Below are positions 57,896 to 64,000 of a stretch of DNA of 64,000 nucleotides, in pieces; position 1 is the first letter of the stretch; each line of letters begins with the position of its first letter. Origin of the DNA: Planctomycetota bacterium (GTDB taxonomy: Bacteria > Planctomycetota > PLA2 > JAEUHO01). The notes under the pieces were generated by a model. That model made no database searches. It saw only the letters and a list, made by a program, of their open reading frames with translations, and was not told the DNA's origin. Made by a program: the position numbers and the translations under genes. Where the stretch lies: the NCBI GenBank assembly GCA_965222115.1, contig CBDCTJ010000007.1, positions 1,216,001-1,280,000 on the forward strand, written 5' to 3'.

Positions 57896-57936
57896 TAGGT
57901 CACGAAGTTGGTGGGAAAAAACGCGGCACGGTATCC
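57896..57936 (+). repeat. Second copy of a 41-bp tandem repeat whose first copy is split by the IS
   Basis: TAGGTCACGAAGTTGGTGGGAAAAAACGCGGCACGGTATCC; first copy = 56424-56450 + 57882-57895. Confidence 0.85.
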
Positions 57937-58225
57937 AGGGCAATCCGTGTCCATTCGGGCACGTGCTCCTGGTAATCTGGGAAGCTGGGAATTGACTGCT
58001 CAATATGCGATTGGGGTTGACGGAAATTTCGAATCGCAAGCTACGTCCATCGCTTCTGCGGAGCTTATGGAAGAGGACGAGGCGATTGTCATATCATTTG
58101 TAGTTCCTTACGTTGTTCACACGAGTATCTTGCAGCTCGCATTCGAGTTCGAATCGATAGGGGGGGCGCAGGCCACTGTGGCTCATGTTGGAGGCGTGGC
58201 GGTGTTTGTTGAGCATGGTGAGTAG
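57908..58225 (+). pseudogene. Probable C-terminal remnant of a beta-rich protein
   Basis: Protein-like sequence with no good start; stop overlaps the next gene. Confidence 0.4.
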
Positions 58226-58799
58226 ACGACCCAAGTCCTGGTCGAGGGCGACATTCGCATTTAGTGTAATCGTGAGTGTCGGTGTGATTGGCCTGATCAT
58301 GGTGCACTGGAGTGGTGCTGGGCGACCTTTAGATGGCGATGAGGAGGTCGCCGTGGATCCTGCGAAGACCGCGACCGAGTTACTCGGGACTGGTGATTCT
58401 GAAGTTGCTAGGGATCCGATCCTTGTACTGGAGGCGGTGTTTAGCTCTCCGAGAGAAGGTGTTCCCATTGAGCTCGGTGCCAACTCTTCAGAATCCGACT
58501 CCAAGATTCATGCAATCGGAGAGCATGTGGAGATTACGTCGCCGGAAGAGTTCGACAGCAAGGTGCCAAAAGCGGCCTTCCCCGAAGTGTTTAGACAGCT
58601 CGTGAAAAGCGTGATGCTTGCGCATGATTCAATCAAAGATGGCGATGTGCAGTCCGCAAAGTCGAACTATGATGACGTGGCTTTTATTCTCAGGACGTTT
58701 CCAGCGATAGAGAATTTCAAGTCAAATGGCATCGACGTAGAGGCTGCATGGCGAAATTACGAAAGGCTGGGAGGCGTGCGGCATCTCGATGCGAAGTAG
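58215..58799 (+). CDS. Hypothetical single-TM protein (more AT-rich than flanks)
   Basis: N-terminal TM then acidic soluble domain. Confidence 0.6.
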   Translation: MVSRRPKSWSRATFAFSVIVSVGVIGLIMVHWSGAGRPLDGDEEVAVDPAKTATELLGTGDSEVARDPILVLEAVFSSPREGVPIELGANSSESDSKIHAIGEHVEITSPEEFDSKVPKAAFPEVFRQLVKSVMLAHDSIKDGDVQSAKSNYDDVAFILRTFPAIENFKSNGIDVEAAWRNYERLGGVRHLDAK

Positions 58800-58971
58800 A
58801 TGAAATACGAAGTCGTGAAAGGGCGTACCGTGTCAGGACAAAATCCACTATCGTCCCGCGATCGTATGCTCTATATGCGCTCCCCTACACGCAGCCCCCT
58901 GCGCCTCTGCAACTTGGTGTCTTTGCGTGAGGCTAGACCTAGATGCGCACGACCTCAAACGAAGTGGCGCG

Positions 58972-61761
58972 CTATTGCTCCAGTGGATACACCACCCGAA
59001 TACCCGCTTGCGGATGCTTTTCGTTGGCGGCGACGACCATGGACGCACTCATGTCTATACGGCCCAGGGGAACACCGGCCGCGCCACCCATAAGGACGAT
59101 GGCTTCACCGTGTTCACACAGTTCGCGCGCGTTGCCAAGCATGTCGCGGATGCCGAAGGGGCTTTCATCGCGAGCGGCCACTCCGACACGGCGTAGTTTG
59201 TTGAGTGGGTTCCAGGCAGCTTCATCGTATTCGCCGTTCGGCGTAGTGAACCCAAGCGACGCGCCGGCCGCATAGATCCACTCGGCTACGGTGGGCAACC
59301 GGCATGCACGACGAACTTGGGTGCGACGCCACGTGAGGAATGCGCGCGCGTCGTCGGCGCTTACGCCGCGAACGGGCATCGATTCGTTGGTTCGCTCGTT
59401 GGCAAGTGTGACGGCGTGATTGTTCTCATCGTAGGTAAAGTTTACGGCGGGTACGCGCTCGGCACGCGCTGCGCCCTTCAAGCTGTGTAGAAACGACAAG
59501 TATTGACGACACGTGACCTCGTACGTGGCCATCCAGTAGCCCTTGAGGGATGCGAAGGGTGCGTCCAATTTTGTGCGCGGTAACGCGTGTTCGCTGGGAG
59601 TCACGATGCGTCGTGCGGACTCTGGCACGCCTTCCGTGATGTCGCCTGGAATGCGTACCGTCACCGTCTCGGGCGCTACGCCACCTTGGCGCACGCGAAA
59701 AGGCACCTGCACGGGAAGGGTGACGAACGCCTTCTTATTGGCATCAACGATCGTTGCTCCATACAGGCCGGGAAGCAGGCGATATGCCTGCGGCGGTCCT
59801 GCGTTTTCCGTTTTCGACTTGTCGCGTTCCAAGGGTGTGACCGCCGTGTCTTTTAAACGGTCCGATATCGTGACGGTAAATCCCCTCGGAACGTCGAATG
59901 CGAAGGTGCCTGGGTCGATTTGATTGCGCACATAGTGCACGCGTTGCGCGGTGGACACGACGCCCGATGTTTGAGGCTCGTTCGCCAACCAGGATTCGGC
60001 GCGGGCGACGTCGCGCAGGGCGCGCTCGTACCATGCGCGGTGTTCTGTAGGCGACAGGCGTTCGGCGGAAAGTCGTTGGCGAAGATGCGGGAGCCTCGTT
60101 TCGGTGGCTTTCACGATGCTGTTCGCTGCGGCTACGCGCGATGACGGTGCTCGCGGTACATCTCGCGTGAGGGCATAGGCGCCGGCGCCGCCCACGAGTA
60201 GGCCGACCAGTGCCAAGATGCCGGTGCCCATATGTTGTCGTATGGCACGGCGTGCATCGGCTTTGGCCGCGACCTTGCCGCCGCGTGCCGAGACGGCGCG
60301 TACCCGACTGCCGCCTAACCATGCCTCCAAGTCACTAGCGAATTGTCTTCCGTTGACGTAGCGACGCGCGGGATCACGTGCCATGGCTTTCACGATTACC
60401 GCCTTGACTTCTTCCGGTGTCTCATCGGGCAATGTGATGTAGTTGCCGCGGTGCGCATCGCGAATGATGTCGTCAACCGTGCGCAGCGATTCGTCTTGCA
60501 TGCGTTCAAGTTTGGAGCGGCACAACTCGGCCTTACTGTCGTCACCCGCGGCCTCGGCTTTGGCGAGCGTGCGCTGCATCTGCTCGATGCGTTTACTCAA
60601 CTCGGCGCGGCTAATGTTGGATGCGCCTGCAATGGGCGGCTCACCGGCACAGAGATAGAACAGGAGGGCGCCCAAACTCCATACGTCGGTGCGCGCGTGA
60701 CTGTCGCCTTGAACTTGCTCGGGCGGTAGGTAGCGCGGCGTGCCCACAATGCCCGCACCTTTCGCACTGGGCGCGCGGGCAATCTGCGAGCCGCCACCTT
60801 TGCGCTCTACCACGTCGCAGATGCCAAAATCAACCACGTACGGCCGGCCCGACGCGCCATCGATCAATACGTTTTCTGGTTTTAAGTCGCGATGGATGAC
60901 GCCGTTTTCGACATTGGCAACGTAAATGCCCTTGGAGATCGGTACCAGGATGTCCTTGACAAAATAGCGCAGCTCGCGCGAGTCGAGATGGCGGCGGGTG
61001 TCGCTCTCTTTGTCGTAACAAAGTGCGTCAACGCGTTGGCGAAGCGTGACGGGTTCGCGCAGCAGTTCCATTGTGAAATAGCTGCGATGGTCGGCGCTCA
61101 TGCCGCGATCAAAAACCGGCATAATGTTCGGATGGCGGATGTTGGCCTGTGCCTCGATCTCTCGTAGAAACCGTTGCTGAATGGTCTCGGAGGCGTCCGG
61201 TTTCAAGATCTTGTAGGCCACCTCGCGATTGGTGCTCGTGTCAAACGCGCGGAAGACTTCCGTCGTAGACCCGTCATAGATCTTGTCTCGTATCTCATAA
61301 CGGTTGGGATCGCTCGTTGGTGTCGCCTTCGGGGACCGTTGCTGCTTTGACGCGGAAGCGTTCGATGCAGATGGTTTCGACGCGTTAGATTTGGGACCGG
61401 GCTGCGTCGATGGACGCCCCTTTGCATCGCGTGACCCCCTTGTTGTGCGAGTCTTGCCCGGCGACGCCTTCGAACCACGTTTCATCGCGGTCCGTTCGTT
61501 TGTAGTTGGCTTTGAGGTGATCGACGTGGCCTTGGTCGGTGCATTCGTTGGCGCGATGGCTTCTGCGAAGAGTGCGCCATCTGGCTTTAGACCCACGGAC
61601 ATTTGGATGCCACATTGCGCGCACGTAGCGAGCATGCGTGCGGCGGGGTTTTCTTTGAGGGCGTCGATAGCTGCGCGGTGCTTTCGTCCACAGGCGGGGC
61701 AATAAAATGGAGGAGGTTTTTTCGCTTTGGACACCCGCGACTCCCTTGCCGAAAGCTGCAC
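58972..61761 (-). CDS. Ser/Thr protein kinase: zinc ribbon - kinase - TM - FGE/SUMF1-like domain (start possibly GTG 61734)
   Basis: CPAC/CAQC; VAYK, HPNI, HRDLKPEN, DFG, GTPRYLPPE; YEVT, RLPTVAEW, DMLGNARE. Confidence 0.9.
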   Translation of the reverse strand: MQLSARESRVSKAKKPPPFYCPACGRKHRAAIDALKENPAARMLATCAQCGIQMSVGLKPDGALFAEAIAPTNAPTKATSITSKPTTNERTAMKRGSKASPGKTRTTRGSRDAKGRPSTQPGPKSNASKPSASNASASKQQRSPKATPTSDPNRYEIRDKIYDGSTTEVFRAFDTSTNREVAYKILKPDASETIQQRFLREIEAQANIRHPNIMPVFDRGMSADHRSYFTMELLREPVTLRQRVDALCYDKESDTRRHLDSRELRYFVKDILVPISKGIYVANVENGVIHRDLKPENVLIDGASGRPYVVDFGICDVVERKGGGSQIARAPSAKGAGIVGTPRYLPPEQVQGDSHARTDVWSLGALLFYLCAGEPPIAGASNISRAELSKRIEQMQRTLAKAEAAGDDSKAELCRSKLERMQDESLRTVDDIIRDAHRGNYITLPDETPEEVKAVIVKAMARDPARRYVNGRQFASDLEAWLGGSRVRAVSARGGKVAAKADARRAIRQHMGTGILALVGLLVGGAGAYALTRDVPRAPSSRVAAANSIVKATETRLPHLRQRLSAERLSPTEHRAWYERALRDVARAESWLANEPQTSGVVSTAQRVHYVRNQIDPGTFAFDVPRGFTVTISDRLKDTAVTPLERDKSKTENAGPPQAYRLLPGLYGATIVDANKKAFVTLPVQVPFRVRQGGVAPETVTVRIPGDITEGVPESARRIVTPSEHALPRTKLDAPFASLKGYWMATYEVTCRQYLSFLHSLKGAARAERVPAVNFTYDENNHAVTLANERTNESMPVRGVSADDARAFLTWRRTQVRRACRLPTVAEWIYAAGASLGFTTPNGEYDEAAWNPLNKLRRVGVAARDESPFGIRDMLGNARELCEHGEAIVLMGGAAGVPLGRIDMSASMVVAANEKHPQAGIRVVYPLEQ

Positions 61762-61791
61762 GTTCTACGATTGCACGAGCGTGGACCCTGG

Positions 61792-64000
61792 CTAACTGCT
61801 GCTTCCCAGGGTACCGGCGTCTGCAATCAGCGGCCACCAGAGGACGAAGGAACTGCCTTCGCCCGGCGCGGTCTTGACTTGGATGACGCCACCGCTGTCG
61901 TCAACGAAGCGTTTGACCATCGATAAGCCGAGGCCCATGCCCTTGGACTTGGTGCTGAAGTGGGGCTCAAAGAGTCTCTTGCGCGTTTCGTCGTCAATGC
62001 CTGTGCCGGTGTCGCGTATCGTCAGAAGCATGCCGGGTGCCGGCCCCATCGCTTCGTTCACGGCCCGCAGCTCAATCTCGCCCCCTCCCTTCATGGCCTG
62101 AATCGCATTTCGCACCAGGTTGATCAATACCCGACGAAACTCCTGCTCGTCCGCCATGAGGGGAGGCAAGTCCTCATCCACATGACAGTGAACGTTGATG
62201 CCTTCCGTCTTGCTTGCGGCGTAGAGCGCTGTGATGTCACGCACGACGGTGGGAACATCGATCCTGGTTTTTTCGCGCTGCGGCATGCGTGCAAAGTTGG
62301 CGAAGTCGCTGGCGATGCGTGACAAGTCTTCAATCTGGCGAAGTACAATCGGCGTGGTTCGCTTTAGCGCTTCCTTGGCGCGCGTAGGATCCTCGCGAAT
62401 GTCGGCTTCGAGTTGTTGAATCATGAGGCGCATCGGCGTGAGCGGGTTCTTGATTTCGTGGGCCACTTGACGCGCCATTTCCCGCCACACCGCTTCGCGT
62501 TCAGCGCGCACCGCTCGATCCGTCGTTGAACGCAACTCTTCGGTCATTTTGTTGAACGAGCGCACCAGTTCACCGACTTCGTCGCCACCGCCCTCCGGCA
62601 GTTTGACGTCGAGATCGCCGCCGGCCACGCGTTTGGTGCCTTGCGCCAAGAGCTGCATGGGCCTCGCAATACTTCGCGCGGCGACCATGCCACCGAGAAG
62701 AACCAAGACCATTGTGAGCAAGTACCCGGCAAGCAACACGCTGCCCGTCACCGACAGTTCCTCGTCCATGCGATCGCGATCGTAGAGCAGCGGAACGCCG
62801 ACCACCGCGCGTGTGCGTCCTCGTCCATCCAACACGGGCGCATAACCAAACCAAACCGGGCGTCCCGCGTAGTCGGCCTGCTTCTGAACAATCTGTCGCT
62901 GATCCAAGTGCGTGGCGCGAAACACTTCGGGGGGTAAGCGGGGTGAGAGCAGTTCAGCGCGGACCAACCCAATGCGACTTGAGGCTTCCAAGTAGCCGCC
63001 GCGATAGAGCAACACATCGTGTCGTCGCTCCATCGCGCCACGTTCCAGGTGATCGTTGTCGGCCGTGGAAAAGAGCGACGTGCCCATGCGTTCAAATTCG
63101 GTGCGCACACGCGCGAGATCGGTGGCGATGCGTTGACTCATGCGCGCCTCGAAGCGTCCTTTGGTGTCGCGCGCGCTCGCCAGTCCAAGCAAGACGAGTG
63201 GAATGATCGAAATCAAAAAGTAGCTGAGCAGAATCTTGTGATGCATGCGCCACGTGAAGCCGCGCATGGTGGCGACCCACCAAAGAAGTGCAATCACCGC
63301 ACCCATGCCGACGCCCACTAGCAACACGCGCGCAAGTGCCAAGAGAATTTGGCCGCCGCGCGGCTTGGGTGCCTTCACCGCCACCGCGTGCCCGCGTGCT
63401 TCGTTCCATACGGCGTATCCGAACGACTCATCATCCTGCCAGGCCAGAGGTTCCGTGCCCTCGGTAAGCGCGTTCAGTGCGTCGGGACCGAACTGCCCTT
63501 CGCGACGCGCAATCGTTGGATCGTTGCAAACCTCCACTCGCCCATTGCGCAACAACGCGAACTGCAGTCGATGGACGTAGGACAAAGGAAAATCGGAAAG
63601 CATGGTGCGTGTGAGCACTTGCTCGCCGAGTGGTCGCAGCTTGAGATCGAGCAAATCCGGAACCGTGATCACCGCATGTCCCACGACATCGCCCGCGGGA
63701 TTGCGAAGACGGGTGCGCCCTACAATGCTGCGAATGCGATTTCGCTCGCGGCGCGCGGTAAAGACCTCCACGTCGTTGTCTTTGCGCGTGGGGGGCTTGG
63801 GCGTGGGAATCATGCGTCGCGGAATGGCCGACAACGTAAACGCGTCGATCTCGCGCCCTTCGCGATCGAGAATCGTGACGACACTTGGTAGTTCACTCTC
63901 CAGTAGGTCGCTGCGCTGCCACACGTGCAGGGCGAGGCCCTCTTCCGGCGTTTCATTTTGCGCGCGTTCCAGCGCGCGAATCAACTCGTCGTTTCGGCGC
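61792..64000 (-). CDS. NtrY-like HAMP sensor histidine kinase, 5'-truncated by window edge
   Basis: HAMP DEVGELVRSFNKM, AHEIKNPLTP, NLVRNA, DTGTG, FSTK, GLGL. Confidence 0.93.
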   Translation of the reverse strand, partial: RRNDELIRALERAQNETPEEGLALHVWQRSDLLESELPSVVTILDREGREIDAFTLSAIPRRMIPTPKPPTRKDNDVEVFTARRERNRIRSIVGRTRLRNPAGDVVGHAVITVPDLLDLKLRPLGEQVLTRTMLSDFPLSYVHRLQFALLRNGRVEVCNDPTIARREGQFGPDALNALTEGTEPLAWQDDESFGYAVWNEARGHAVAVKAPKPRGGQILLALARVLLVGVGMGAVIALLWWVATMRGFTWRMHHKILLSYFLISIIPLVLLGLASARDTKGRFEARMSQRIATDLARVRTEFERMGTSLFSTADNDHLERGAMERRHDVLLYRGGYLEASSRIGLVRAELLSPRLPPEVFRATHLDQRQIVQKQADYAGRPVWFGYAPVLDGRGRTRAVVGVPLLYDRDRMDEELSVTGSVLLAGYLLTMVLVLLGGMVAARSIARPMQLLAQGTKRVAGGDLDVKLPEGGGDEVGELVRSFNKMTEELRSTTDRAVRAEREAVWREMARQVAHEIKNPLTPMRLMIQQLEADIREDPTRAKEALKRTTPIVLRQIEDLSRIASDFANFARMPQREKTRIDVPTVVRDITALYAASKTEGINVHCHVDEDLPPLMADEQEFRRVLINLVRNAIQAMKGGGEIELRAVNEAMGPAPGMLLTIRDTGTGIDDETRKRLFEPHFSTKSKGMGLGLSMVKRFVDDSGGVIQVKTAPGEGSSFVLWWPLIADAGTLGSSS

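Overview
A gene-dense, high-GC (about 60% by eye) bacterial chromosomal segment. The protein repertoire (DUF1573 Ig-repeat pair, carboxypeptidase-regulatory-like repeat protein, DUF6677-like protein, Ser/Thr kinase-FGE fusion, DUF2950-like pilins) suggests Planctomycetota; this is inference. About 54 CDS are present: agmatine deiminase pathway, CoaB, cNMP-AspA, transsulfuration, an acyl-CoA cluster, pgi, ssb, priA, a UDG-family gene and dprA. A type IV pilus locus (pilT-pilB-pilC-TPR-two pilins-dprA) is accompanied about 10 kb away by pilZ and pilD. An intact ISL3 sits in a small island, followed by signalling kinases. The strongest candidate for a new system is the pilus/competence region. 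Its prepilin peptidase carries a PilZ-like barrel insertion next to a canonical PilZ gene, and PilB has a degenerate MshEN motif. Five sigma28-like promoters are present, one driving a candidate structured small RNA divergent from pilT. Other signals are NUDIX-HD and IMPase-STAS fusions, tandem 'echo' repeats of gene 3' ends, REP-like palindromes and frequent leaderless -10/start geometry. No rRNA, tRNA or CRISPR array was seen. All calls come from reading motifs by eye; no database searches were run.
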